64,000 bases of DNA, taken from Minisyncoccia bacterium. Lineage in GTDB: Bacteria > Patescibacteriota > Minisyncoccia > Phycocordibacterales > UBA9973. Where the stretch lies: the NCBI GenBank assembly GCA_965656375.1, contig CBFHKH010000001.1:514845-578844 (forward strand), read 5' to 3'. Both the position numbers and the translations under genes were made by a program. Of this stretch, positions 43,353 to 52,837 are shown in pieces. The notes under the pieces were generated by a model, which did no database searches, had not been told where the DNA came from, and saw only the letters and a program-made list of their open reading frames with translations. How positions within the stretch are numbered: position 1 is the stretch's first letter; each line of letters starts with the position of its first letter.

Positions 43353-44471
43353 ATGAAAAAAACAAAGAAAGCCGCAACGGCTTCACAACAGACACCCCCT
43401 TTAAACAGGGCGCAAACTCTGGAAGTATTTAATTCCAGGAAGAAAGCCATTAACGACAGGATGGCAATACATGTTGAAGACATCACCAAGCTTAAAAAAC
43501 CTTTACCGGAAATGAGCTTGGAGTTGTACGGACACAAAGAATACGACCTTAAAAAGGGGTACAAATTTCTTTTAACGATTATTGTTTTACTGGTAGTTTC
43601 AGCCTTAGAAATTCCTTTGAATGCAACCGGACTTGAAATGCTGGGCCGCCCTCAAATGACGACCACATTCATGGCAATAGGCCTTGCATGTGCGCTAGGC
43701 TTACTTGCTGAAGGCGCTGGTTTTTCATTCAGAAGAGGAGTTGTTAAAAAAAGCTTTATTGGAATTTTTGGTGCACTATTTTGTGCCGGCGTAGCCTTAA
43801 CCATCATCTATTGGTTATCAGAATTTCGAGTGGCATATTTCCATCGTATGAAGTTTAACAAAGAGGACATCAGCATAACCGGGCAGGTGATATTTTCAAT
43901 TGCCGTTTGGTGTGCAGGTGTAATTGGAGTTTACTTTTTAACCAGTGGTGTAAAAAACTTACATCTGGAAAAAGTATTTAACAGCAAGCGTAAATCCATC
44001 AGAATTTTACAGAAAAAACATGCAGCTTTGGAAGCCGAAAAAGATAAACTTAAAGCTGAAAATGCTGTAAATATGGTTGCTGCAGAAGCATACGAAACAA
44101 ACATTAAGCATGAAAAAACAAAAGCTGAAAATTTGAAAAATGAGCTAGCAATAGCAACATTAAAAGACAAGGAAAATGCAGCAATGCAGCAGACAGCGCA
44201 GGAGAAAAACAAAATCACTCAGCAGAAAAATGCCTTTTATGAAAAACACACAGAATTATTAGGTATTAAGACCCGCGTTATGGAAATTGCGGGTAAGATT
44301 GAAGACAAAAGTGAGTTAAACCTCAATGAAGACTATGTATCATCAATGGACCAGGCTACTACCTTGATCGAAGAGATGAAGGAACTGGCATCCGTGGATA
44401 TACCTGGTACAAAAGAAAGCTTCGAACAAGCTGAACAAATTTTTAACTCATTAAAAAACCTCGCATCATGA
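43353..44471 (+). CDS. membrane protein (N-terminal cytoplasmic region, 4 TM, long C-terminal coiled coil)
   Basis: 372 aa with hydrophobic helices at about 70-210 and a Lys/Glu/Ala-rich heptad region at 215-372; higher GC and different codon usage than neighbours; no Shine-Dalgarno sequence. Confidence 0.5.
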   Translation: MKKTKKAATASQQTPPLNRAQTLEVFNSRKKAINDRMAIHVEDITKLKKPLPEMSLELYGHKEYDLKKGYKFLLTIIVLLVVSALEIPLNATGLEMLGRPQMTTTFMAIGLACALGLLAEGAGFSFRRGVVKKSFIGIFGALFCAGVALTIIYWLSEFRVAYFHRMKFNKEDISITGQVIFSIAVWCAGVIGVYFLTSGVKNLHLEKVFNSKRKSIRILQKKHAALEAEKDKLKAENAVNMVAAEAYETNIKHEKTKAENLKNELAIATLKDKENAAMQQTAQEKNKITQQKNAFYEKHTELLGIKTRVMEIAGKIEDKSELNLNEDYVSSMDQATTLIEEMKELASVDIPGTKESFEQAEQIFNSLKNLAS

Positions 44472-45163
44472 AAAGTGTAATTATCATGGCACTGGTGGCT
44501 GCAACAGCTACCCTGCTATCCTGCGGATCAGAAACACCAAAAACAAAAAATGATATCTACATTCTTGTAGATAATACCGACAAGACAAAATACTCCGGTG
44601 ATATTGTTTCATCAGATGCTATATTGGACCTTGTTGGCAAGAAGGGTACTGTGAAATTCAAAGCCCTTACTGGTGTTTCCCTGAATGAAGAATCGGAAAT
44701 TTCCTTACTGGTAGATGGATCCACTAGCGTTCTGCGCCAGGATCAGATCGACCCGTTCGTTGAAAAGTTGGACTCCCTTAAGAAAAAATACCTCGGTGTT
44801 ACAACTGAGTATAAAAAATCAAGCTTATGGGAACCGGTATGCCAAGCTCTGAATGAGCTTAGTGCATCCGCAGTTACTGAGCCCGGCGAAAAAACGATGA
44901 TCATATTATCGGATATGCTGGAAAACTCAGACTACTGCAACTTTTATAAGGATATGTCGATAGAAACAGTGAAGGAACAGTTGGCAAAATCAGGCTCAGC
45001 ACTTCCCAAAAATCCAAAGGTTAAGGTAATCATCATCTTTAATCCCAACCAGAACATTGAAAAAGAACGGCTGCACAAGAAAGCCATGAATTACTGGGAA
45101 AAGCTTTTTAAAGAAGCAGGGATCAAATTTGTTGTAAAAGCCAATCTTGGCGAAAAAGTGTAG
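44468..45163 (+). CDS. lipoprotein
   Basis: Signal peptide plus lipobox ATLLSCGS; its ATG overlaps the upstream stop (ATGA). Confidence 0.5.
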   Translation: MKSVIIMALVAATATLLSCGSETPKTKNDIYILVDNTDKTKYSGDIVSSDAILDLVGKKGTVKFKALTGVSLNEESEISLLVDGSTSVLRQDQIDPFVEKLDSLKKKYLGVTTEYKKSSLWEPVCQALNELSASAVTEPGEKTMIILSDMLENSDYCNFYKDMSIETVKEQLAKSGSALPKNPKVKVIIIFNPNQNIEKERLHKKAMNYWEKLFKEAGIKFVVKANLGEKV

Positions 45164-45165
45164 TC

Positions 45166-45660
45166 ATGGGAAACAAGGAAGCAAAAGAGCAGTTAAAAGG
45201 TTTTCTTTTAAAACTCAAGGTATTTAAAATGTACCTCGAACAAACCAAGAGTAAATTCACTGAAATAGCGTATTATGAAAAATTTATTTTTGGCTTTCAT
45301 CCTCCGAGCCCCATTCCTATTAATATATCAGAAGAGTTTTGGAATAGTTTGAGTTCTACTCAGAAGTTGTTACTTGAATTCAGGAAATCATTCAATGAAA
45401 ATGATCTTCCCGAAGACATACGGCAAGCTTTTGTGAATATGACGATTACTATAGTTCAAAATAAATTTGATGTTGATAAAGGAGTGATCAAGATTGGTGG
45501 ATTGGGGAAACCATGGTGGAAAGAAGTTGGGTATGTGAAAAAGAATTGGGGACCGATGGAATATGATGTAAAAGTTATATATTCACAAGAAGCATATTCG
45601 AATATTAGCTACTACTTTGTATTGATCGGCCAGATAGAGCAACTGGAAGCCATGTGTTAA
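45166..45660 (+). CDS. hypothetical cytoplasmic protein
   Basis: 164 aa, starting 2 nt after the lipoprotein stop; no recognisable motifs. Confidence 0.4.
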   Translation: MGNKEAKEQLKGFLLKLKVFKMYLEQTKSKFTEIAYYEKFIFGFHPPSPIPINISEEFWNSLSSTQKLLLEFRKSFNENDLPEDIRQAFVNMTITIVQNKFDVDKGVIKIGGLGKPWWKEVGYVKKNWGPMEYDVKVIYSQEAYSNISYYFVLIGQIEQLEAMC

Positions 45661-45750
45661 AAACATTTTCTGCTTTAACTGTCATTACGTAATTATTAAG
45701 ATCTGGAATTAAAACCTCCAGATCTTTTTTTATGTCTAGATTTGTGATAA

Positions 45751-45915
45751 CGCCTTGGCACGTCTGCCTCCAGCTTGGACATGATGTCGTCACGAATAAT
45801 TCCTCGCTGTCGCTGCGGAATTTTCTCGATCCTGTTTGGACTCGTCGTCACAAGTATTTTTCTGGTGAAAAATCTCGCGACCCCGCCTCGGCACGTCTGC
45901 CTCCGGCTTGGACAT
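45751..45915. repeat. degenerate tandem copies of an approx 55-bp repeat family
   Basis: cgccttggcacgtctgcctccagcttggacat (45751-82) and cgcctcggcacgtctgcctccggcttggacat (45884-915), plus a related copy ctgctgaaaaattccgcgaccccgtctcggctcgtcagcctccgacc at 49681-49740. Confidence 0.6.
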
Positions 45916-45962
45916 TTAAAAAAACGTAATGGGTAATTACGTTTTTTTAAATGTCCACCCGC
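45913..45962. terminator. long perfect hairpin (22-bp stem) acting as a bidirectional terminator next to the tRNA 3' end
   Basis: TGGACATTTAAAAAAACGTAAT-gggta-ATTACGTTTTTTTAAATGTCCA. Confidence 0.6.
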
Positions 45963-46027
45963 TTGGATTCGAACCAAGGACCCCAGAGGTATAAGCTCTG
46001 TGCTCTAACCAACTGAGCTACGGGTGG
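45952..46027 (-). tRNA. tRNA-Ile with apparent anticodon UAU
   Basis: CCACCCG-TA-GCTC-AGTTGGTTA-GAGC-A-CAGAG-CTTATAC-CTCTG-GGGTC-CTTGG-TTCGAAT-CCAAG-CGGGTGG-A; positions 34-36 read TAT. Confidence 0.7.
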
Positions 46028-46078
46028 ATGCGTGTTACTACTATATAGTATAGTTTTTTCTTCTGCAATACGCGGACG

Positions 46079-47989
46079 TTACACGTTCACTATCGTATCT
46101 TTTGTTTTTGGAAGAATACCGTTTAGTGTTATGAGTTTGTTGTATTCGTCTTGTTCGAGAGTTTCAACTTCCACAAGTCGAAGTGCAATCGCATCAAGAA
46201 CTTTTTTATTATCTGTGAGGACTTTATTCGCAACTGCGAGAGCGTTATTCATGATCTTTGATACTTCAGCATCTATGAGGGCACTCACACGCTCAGAATA
46301 CTCTTGATCATTTACTCCACGACCAAACATTGTGCGGCCTCCATCTGATTCGAGTGCAATCGGACCAATTTCATCACTCATACCCCAGCGTGTAACCATC
46401 GCTCGAGCCATACTCGTAGCAACCTGAAGATCATTCGAAGGACCAGTTGTAATATCGCCAAAGATCATAGTCTCTGCCGCATACCCTCCCATCGCCATTG
46501 CAATGTCATCAAGGAATTCTTTCTTGCTTTGAAGCCTACGCTCTTCGAGTGGAAGTTTGAGTGTATATCCGCCTGCAGAACCACGAGAAACGATAGAAAC
46601 TTTGTGCACTGGATCAGCGTGCGGAAGTACCGATGCGACAAGCGCATGTCCTGCCTCATGATACGCAGTGATTTCCTTTTCTTTCTTTGAGAGTAAGTGG
46701 CTCTTTCGTTCCGGACCCATCATGACTTTTTCGATAGAACGAATGAGGTCAAATTGCGAGACTTTCTTGCGATCTTCACGCGCAGCAAGTATCGCACCTT
46801 CATTCATAAGGGAATAGAGATCAGCTCCAGAGAATCCGGGGGTACGTTCTGCGATGACTTTCAGGTTTACATCTTCTGCAAAAGGCTTCTTGTGAGAATG
46901 AATCTTGAGTATCTCTTCTCGATCAGCACGATCAGGAAGATCAAGCATTACACGGCGATCAAAACGTCCTGGTCGAAGAAGTGCCGGATCAAGGACATCA
47001 GAGCGGTTTGTTGCTGCCATAACGATCACTTTTTCATTTGGTTCAAATCCATCCATCTCCACGAGTATTTGGTTGAGTGTCTGTTCGCGTTCATCATTAC
47101 CTCCCCCAACTCCAGATCCACGCACACGTCCAACAGCATCGATCTCGTCTATGAAAATGATTGCAGGAGCTGCTTTCTTTGCCATTTTGAACAAGTCGCG
47201 CACGCGAGATGCTCCGACACCGACAAACATTTCTACGAATTCAGAACCAGAGAGATGGAAGAATGGTACACTCGCCTCTCCAGCGACAGCTCGAGCAAGG
47301 AGTGTCTTACCAGTACCAGGATTACCAGTGAGAATAACTCCCTTTGGAATCCGTGCTCCAATCTCAAGAAACTTTTTCGGATTTCTAAGAAAGTCGACGA
47401 TTTCTTTAAGTTCTTCTTTTGCTTCCTTTGCTCCAGCTACGTCTTTGAATGTTACTTTATTATTCTTGTCATTCGGGTCAGTGATGCGAGCTTTGGACTG
47501 TCCAAATGTAAACGCTTGCATCCCCTGGCCTTTGACTTGGCGTGTCAGCATCCAGACAAAGAATATAACAAGTAGTACTGGTAAAAGGAACGGGAGGATA
47601 TTGAGAAGCCAATATCCAAATCCGGATTCATCTTTTACTTCAATTGGAGTAGTAGCAAGCTGTGCTGGAGTTACACCGTAATTGAAAAGTGTTTCCGTAA
47701 GAGAGCTTTCGGTTTCCTTTTTTGCCGTACCCGTAGTATCGTCCTTGAAAGTAACTGTGATCTCTTCTCCCGCGACATCGATTTTGTTTATTGTGCCTTC
47801 TGTAACGCTCTTTGCTACATCCGAAATAGTGAGCTTTTTAACACTTGTAGCAGGCTGCGTAACCAATGAGTAAATAAGAGTAATGCCTATAAATACAAAT
47901 AGTGCAATGCCTATTTGGCTGCCGATTTTTGGGATTTTCTTTGGTTGTTGAGGTTTTTTTTGTTGAGCCATAGTAGGAGTATTATACAT
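46079..47989 (-). CDS. ftsH: ATP-dependent zinc metalloprotease FtsH
   Basis: N-terminal TM pair, AAA Walker A GPPGTGKT, second region of homology, and zinc motif HEAGHA. Confidence 0.95.
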   Translation of the reverse strand: MYNTPTMAQQKKPQQPKKIPKIGSQIGIALFVFIGITLIYSLVTQPATSVKKLTISDVAKSVTEGTINKIDVAGEEITVTFKDDTTGTAKKETESSLTETLFNYGVTPAQLATTPIEVKDESGFGYWLLNILPFLLPVLLVIFFVWMLTRQVKGQGMQAFTFGQSKARITDPNDKNNKVTFKDVAGAKEAKEELKEIVDFLRNPKKFLEIGARIPKGVILTGNPGTGKTLLARAVAGEASVPFFHLSGSEFVEMFVGVGASRVRDLFKMAKKAAPAIIFIDEIDAVGRVRGSGVGGGNDEREQTLNQILVEMDGFEPNEKVIVMAATNRSDVLDPALLRPGRFDRRVMLDLPDRADREEILKIHSHKKPFAEDVNLKVIAERTPGFSGADLYSLMNEGAILAAREDRKKVSQFDLIRSIEKVMMGPERKSHLLSKKEKEITAYHEAGHALVASVLPHADPVHKVSIVSRGSAGGYTLKLPLEERRLQSKKEFLDDIAMAMGGYAAETMIFGDITTGPSNDLQVATSMARAMVTRWGMSDEIGPIALESDGGRTMFGRGVNDQEYSERVSALIDAEVSKIMNNALAVANKVLTDNKKVLDAIALRLVEVETLEQDEYNKLITLNGILPKTKDTIVNV

Positions 47990-48059
47990 GAATAAGGGGG
48001 TAAATAGAAATAAGCCCGACTTTTAAAAATCGGGCTTATTAAAAATATATTGAAAAAGT

Positions 48060-48776
48060 TTAAAATCCTCTACGCCGGTATGGCTTAAGTGCTTGCGATT
48101 CTGCTGGATATTTTTTCTTTAACCATTTCATGAGAAAGTGCGTTAAGATACTGTAAAGTATAAGTATTGTAATGGTATCTGAAATAAAACTTGGCAAATA
48201 TTCCCAAGATACCCAATTATAAAGATTATATCCAAAAAGGTTGTCAACGAATAAAGCAGCTAAAATAACTATGGAAAAAATTAAAAAGAATATAATTCTT
48301 GTAGGGACACATGGTGCATATTCGACATGACCATGTGTTTTGTATTCCAAGCGTACTGCCAGCCATCGTAAGAAGAATGCTACCAGCATCCACATGAACA
48401 AATAGATAACATATGTATTTGGAACTCTTTGCTCTACACCAACTGAATTTTCAGGGTATATATACGGAGTGTTGTTATCTGATGAAAATGCAAGGCTTTT
48501 CTTTGTAATCTCTGGTATTTTACGGATCCAAAATAATCCTAATGGAAACATATTCGGTTTAAAAACCCAAACAGTAGTAACTGATGAACCGGTTTGCAAT
48601 ATCTTTTTAGCCTCTTCTAAAGTAGAAGTGCCAATTCCAGTTAGAAGTGTATCTTTTATAAGTGTATATTTTACCATTACACTTCCTTCCTTTTTAAGGT
48701 ATGTAGAATCTTTTTGTTGTGCATTGCTTGAAAAGAAACCAAGTAATACGATAACCACTAATAGAGTCTTTTTCAT
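48060..48776 (-). CDS. membrane protein with Bacteroidetes-style signal peptide
   Basis: MKKTLLVVIVLLGFFSSNAQ... followed by several TM helices; unknown family. Confidence 0.45.
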   Translation of the reverse strand: MKKTLLVVIVLLGFFSSNAQQKDSTYLKKEGSVMVKYTLIKDTLLTGIGTSTLEEAKKILQTGSSVTTVWVFKPNMFPLGLFWIRKIPEITKKSLAFSSDNNTPYIYPENSVGVEQRVPNTYVIYLFMWMLVAFFLRWLAVRLEYKTHGHVEYAPCVPTRIIFFLIFSIVILAALFVDNLFGYNLYNWVSWEYLPSFISDTITILILYSILTHFLMKWLKKKYPAESQALKPYRRRGF

Positions 48777-49002
48777 GTGTATAAAGTTTTAGTTTTTGAG
48801 TTTAGGTGATCTCTACTCCCCCGATGCGAGGAACACAGATCACCCAACAAGAAAAATTAAAACTATGTGTCAAAGAAGAATTATAGTGAAACACTATAAC
48901 ACCTAGGTATGTTTGTCAAGTTAAGGCACCTGGCCATTTGATTATTTTTAGAATACTTGTATGATGGGATCAAAACAACACTCACCAATAAAATTGAATA
49001 TT

Positions 49003-49608
49003 ATGGAAGAGAATAAAAACTCAACTAATATCGAGAAAGAGTTTAAAAATCTGATCTATGTAAATGAGTATGTAAAGACTCTCTCTTATCTAAAACTAAA
49101 ACCTCTCTTCGGGGTTATGCAATGTAATTCTTTTTTTGATAATGAACAATTAAGCTTACATAAAAAGAACGCGACGTTGCGCATTCGATTCAGTAATGGA
49201 GTTCGTGAACTGACTTTGAAGGAAGATGCTGATGATGGCAGACTGGAGACAAATTATAGTCCGTTATCCGACAAACAATTTGCAGATCTTATAATTGAAG
49301 GGATCATTCCAAAAAGTGATATTTTGACACGACTTCAACACTCAGGAGTAAAGGGTCCATATTGGTATCAAGGTGAGATGATCACCAATCGAATAGAGAT
49401 ATCATACAAAGGATGCAAACTTGCCATCGACCATGCTAAATATTTGGGCACGGAAGATTATGAGATTGAGGTTGAAAAGGATAACGAGAAAGTTAATCAT
49501 AAAAAAGTAGCAAAAAATCTACTTGAAAACCTTGGTATACCTGTACGAAAAGTAAAAGGTAAGAGGAAACGTTTCTTTGAGTTTAAATTACGAACCGAAC
49601 TAGTTTAA
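49003..49608 (+). CDS. CYTH-domain protein (triphosphate tunnel metalloenzyme family)
   Basis: N-terminal NIEKEFK (ExExK signature) and about 200 aa; start placed at MEENKN. Confidence 0.55.
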   Translation: MEENKNSTNIEKEFKNLIYVNEYVKTLSYLKLKPLFGVMQCNSFFDNEQLSLHKKNATLRIRFSNGVRELTLKEDADDGRLETNYSPLSDKQFADLIIEGIIPKSDILTRLQHSGVKGPYWYQGEMITNRIEISYKGCKLAIDHAKYLGTEDYEIEVEKDNEKVNHKKVAKNLLENLGIPVRKVKGKRKRFFEFKLRTELV

Positions 49609-49626
49609 GAAATGATAATAGAGAGG

Positions 49627-49660
49627 AAGGCAAATGCTTTCCTCTTTTTTTTGTGGAACT
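49627..49660 (+). terminator. rho-independent terminator
   Basis: GAGGAAGGCA-aa-TGCTTTCCTC followed by T8. Confidence 0.6.
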
Positions 49661-49672
49661 GGGCGGAGTTGA
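49652..49672. repeat. 21-bp direct repeat duplicating the tmRNA 3' end (distal att site of an ssrA-integrated element)
   Basis: tgtggaactgggcggagttga is identical at 49652-49672 and at 52419-52439, the latter being the 3' end of ssrA. Confidence 0.7.
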
Positions 49673-50212
49673 GTCACTGATATTTTTCTGCTGAAAAATT
49701 CCGCGACCCCGTCTCGGCTCGTCAGCCTCCGACCGTTCAACTCCTATCCCTACTTACCCCATATACCCAAAAAGCCTGCCATCCGAGGCAGCCTTTTATT
49801 GGTATTGTGGACTACCCCAGATTAAGGTACGAACACAAAAAATCATCAAATTCCTCTCCCTTACAAAAACACAAACCCATTGCTTGGGATGAAATCGAGA
49901 AAGAATTGTTCGTCTTAGAAGAGATTCTAAAATCTGATTCTTCTGAAGATGATCCTTTTACTTCTTCTGTATTTCCTCCATAGGCTTTTCAGGTTTGTTT
50001 TCGAGCTGCCAGAAGAAGGCCTCTACAACAATATCAGCTAAGATGCCTATTTGCTCATCTTCGGTGATATCCGGATTTCGTAGCCTAGCTATCATATCTT
50101 CTAGCTCATATCTTACAACTGTATCCATATCCACCGGTTATACCAGAATTTGCAGCATATGCAAATTCCCCGCCCTTACTAGCTGTATCATTAATTTTTA
50201 TAATTACACTAT

Positions 50213-50453
50213 GAACAAACGAAAAGAGATTGTTCCAAACAATTTGAAAGAGTATCGATTGAAAGCAGGGCTAACACAGAAGGAAGTTGCGAAATTACTT
50301 TGCTTACAATGTGAAGATCGCCTGTCTCATTGGGAAAAAGGACAAGCTGTTCCTTCTATCAAAAATATTATTAAGCTTTGTGGTATCTATCAAACCACTT
50401 TTGAAGAAGTATTTAATGTTCTTAAAAAACAAAATCCAAAACTAAAAATATAA
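50213..50453 (+). CDS. XRE-family HTH regulator
   Basis: MNKRKEIVPNNLKEYRLKAGLTQKEVAKLL...; about 80 aa HTH_XRE. Confidence 0.6.
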
Positions 50454-50754
50454 TCGAAAGGATAATAGGAATAGCCTTTAAACAAAAAATTATTGTAAAA
50501 TATTTTTTAACTCCCGGCTGATTCAAAAAATCTATGCGAAGATTAGCCGGATTGAGAAAAGTTTCTGGAGTAAGAACGCTAAAAACAGATGCATATACGC
50601 CGAATATTGCAGAGAAGGTTGCATATTCCTTATTTAAACGAATGGCTGCAATAATAGTGACTGCTAATGGAATCAATGAGAGAAAGCAAATTTCAAGGAA
50701 CTTAAAAAATCCTTTCTTTGCTTGAGCTTCTGAGAGTGGTGGAGTATATGACAT
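50422..50754 (-). CDS. small membrane protein
   Basis: 110 aa with two or three TM helices; weak call. Confidence 0.3.
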   Translation of the reverse strand: MSYTPPLSEAQAKKGFFKFLEICFLSLIPLAVTIIAAIRLNKEYATFSAIFGVYASVFSVLTPETFLNPANLRIDFLNQPGVKKYFTIIFCLKAIPIILSIIFLVLDFVF

Positions 50755-50763
50755 AAAATATTT

Positions 50764-51594
50764 TTATCTTGATAGCTGAGTAATTGCAGCCTGCAAAACC
50801 TGCCAGCAGATTTTTGCAGTATGTTCATCAGGATTAAAATTCGATGACATTTGTGCATATGGGTGAATGTAATTCCTAAAATCACGCAAGGCATGGCTAA
50901 ACTTCTTCACATCTTCACCAAGTAAATTAATATCCCTAGCAACATTTATAAAATCATTTAAAGCCCAATTTGGAAATTGCTTTACAGTTCCTCCTCTATC
51001 CCTTGGGCTAAGAGAACTTCGATTAAAATTTTGAGGATCCTTCGTTGCTATTCCAAGTAAAATTCCTTCCAATGTACTCCCGCAAAGAAAAATAACGGCT
51101 AAAGATGCTTTAGCATTGAGGCATTTAGCAATCTCATCCATTCTCTGTTCAAGAACACTGGTTATGCTACTGTCCAATCCTAGTTTATGAATAGAAACAT
51201 TCTTAAATTCTTTGCTAATAAAATCCTCTTCTTTCATCTCCGGGGTTTGGGTTTTAATACCAAGCAATTTATTAGCCACTGACCTGCCTGCCACCACTAA
51301 ATCATCGGGGAAATCTGACTTTTTTAAATTGCCTAATAGGATTTGATTTTCAATATACTCAATAAGCTTCGAAATCGATTTTCCAACCAAGGGATCATCA
51401 GCAACTTTCCAAAAGCCCCTGAGTCGATTAGCTTTGGAGCCACTCGCATAATTATATTTGTCATCATAAATATTTATACCAACATCGTCCTGGAAAAACT
51501 CTCCCATTGTTCTATCAGTAAAATTTAAAACATAGCCAGTCATTTGGAAGAGTTTCTCTAATATCTGCTTTTCGTTGGTACCAAGATTTGCCAT
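50764..51594 (-). CDS. hypothetical protein with a possible C-terminal HEPN-type Rx4-6H motif
   Basis: 276 aa; C-terminal ALRDFRNYIHPYAQ; no other recognisable motif. Confidence 0.35.
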   Translation of the reverse strand: MANLGTNEKQILEKLFQMTGYVLNFTDRTMGEFFQDDVGINIYDDKYNYASGSKANRLRGFWKVADDPLVGKSISKLIEYIENQILLGNLKKSDFPDDLVVAGRSVANKLLGIKTQTPEMKEEDFISKEFKNVSIHKLGLDSSITSVLEQRMDEIAKCLNAKASLAVIFLCGSTLEGILLGIATKDPQNFNRSSLSPRDRGGTVKQFPNWALNDFINVARDINLLGEDVKKFSHALRDFRNYIHPYAQMSSNFNPDEHTAKICWQVLQAAITQLSR

Positions 51595-51599
51595 TATGC

Positions 51600-52034
51600 T
51601 TAGTTTAATAAAGAGTCAAAATCAACAATTGCTTTTCTAAATATGTTTTCAATAGCCTTTACCGTCTCCTCATTCACGCTGGCTGGGCTGCTCGCCACCC
51701 ACTTTGCCAAGTTATACAATTCTTGGGGAGATAACGATAACCATTTTTCGTTCTTCCCCAGGAATATAAGAAGAGACATGACAGCCACACGCTTATTCCC
51801 ATTCTGAAACGGATGATTTTTAATCATGAGATAAAACAAGATTGCAGCTTTACTAATCAATCCTTTATACAAATCTCCTTTGTATGTCTGGAACGGTGCC
51901 AGGATGCATTGTTCAAGGGCCCGAGGGTAGCGAGTTGAAAACTCAGGAATTGGCTCTCCCCATTCTAAATATTTTCGAGCAAGTTCATGTGCAGAATATT
52001 CGATTTCTTCCATTGTCAGCCGTTTGGTTTTCAT
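51600..52034 (-). CDS. doc: Doc/Fic family toxin (death-on-curing type)
   Basis: Motif HPFQNGNKR matches the Doc-type Fic motif HxFx(D/N)GNKR; 144 aa. Confidence 0.75.
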   Translation of the reverse strand: MKTKRLTMEEIEYSAHELARKYLEWGEPIPEFSTRYPRALEQCILAPFQTYKGDLYKGLISKAAILFYLMIKNHPFQNGNKRVAVMSLLIFLGKNEKWLSLSPQELYNLAKWVASSPASVNEETVKAIENIFRKAIVDFDSLLN

Positions 52035-52036
52035 AC

Positions 52037-52306
52037 CTATTCTCGGCCAAGCATACGAATTGTTTCTCCGTAGTCTTTAATGGTTTTATCTACTAAGGCT
52101 TTTATTTCCTGTTTATCAATTTCTGTGAGTGGTCGGGTATCAAGATGCTTAATGACTTCCTCATGAGGAATAACATAATTACGACCAATCTTATGTGCCT
52201 TAATTGATCCATCTTTGATCCAGCGAAAAACTGTAACCCGGGTTACATCGAGAATTTTAGCGACTTCAGAAGTTGAAAAATAATTTTGACCATGTAACGA
52301 TTCCAT
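52037..52306 (-). CDS. HTH (excisionase/AlpA-like) DNA-binding protein, probable antitoxin partner of Doc
   Basis: 89 aa; STSEVAKILDVTRVTVFRWIKDG is a MerR/excisionase-type HTH; 3-nt gap to doc. Confidence 0.55.
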   Translation of the reverse strand: MESLHGQNYFSTSEVAKILDVTRVTVFRWIKDGSIKAHKIGRNYVIPHEEVIKHLDTRPLTEIDKQEIKALVDKTIKDYGETIRMLGRE

Positions 52307-52418
52307 AGGCCTATGGTAACATATGTTACATAACTATGCAAGAGTTGTTACATTTCCTATTTATTAGGATGCTATGAAATAAGCCTTTTTTAGAAATATA
52401 ACTTGTTATTTCTAACAA

Positions 52419-52816
52419 TGTGGAACTGGGCGGAGTTGAACCGCCATGCAAAAGATGTTCATAGATGAATCTACATGTGTATCATGTTCGATTGGGTTTA
52501 AATATGAAAGCTAGAGAACACGCAATATACTTTCACACCGAGCTTTTCATTGTCGAGATCTCTCGCAAGCGGTGAGAGATCCGTAACCCGATAAATTATG
52601 CCTCTCCTCTGTATCGGATGTCGAGAAGAGAGACACCTGACTGGCTTAAATTAAGCGAGTGCAGGAGCGAAGTTGAAACCAAATGCGTTAGCAAATGGTG
52701 ACTTCACCATAGCGACTTTGTTTGCACGTAGTCTTTTGGAAGTAGTTTAGCGAGATACCTCCGCACTCGACACGCACATCTATGAGGACGAACCTTTGTC
52801 GAAGCCCGTCAGTCCC
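52419..52816 (-). ncRNA. ssrA: tmRNA (SsrA)
   Basis: 5' GGGACUGACGGGCUUCGAC... pairs with 3' ...GGCGGUUCAACUCCGCCCAGUUCCACA (tRNA-like T-arm and acceptor). The internal frame GCU AAC GCA UUU GGU UUC AAC UUC GCU CCU GCA CUC GCU UAA gives a tag near ANAFGFNFAPALA. Adjacent to smpB. Confidence 0.8.
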
Positions 52817-52837
52817 ATGTATTTTACTTTCAAAGAA

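Larger units (their letters stand above)
49673..52418. mobile_element. small integrated element (island remnant) in the 3' end of ssrA; no integrase detected
   Basis: Bounded by the 21-bp direct repeat; contains an XRE regulator, a Doc toxin, an HTH partner and a putative HEPN protein; composition differs from the core genes. Confidence 0.55.

Noticed and set aside
45696-45977. Listed ORFs of 93 and 65 aa overlapping the repeat region and tRNA-Ile
   Set aside because: They fall entirely within degenerate tandem repeats, a terminator hairpin and a tRNA gene; their composition is Arg/Pro-rich and typical of non-coding sequence.
46697-47681. Two long plus-strand ORFs (292 and 258 aa) inside ftsH
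   Set aside because: They are antisense shadow ORFs of the well-supported minus-strand ftsH; their translations are low-complexity and Arg/Ser/Cys-rich with no motifs.
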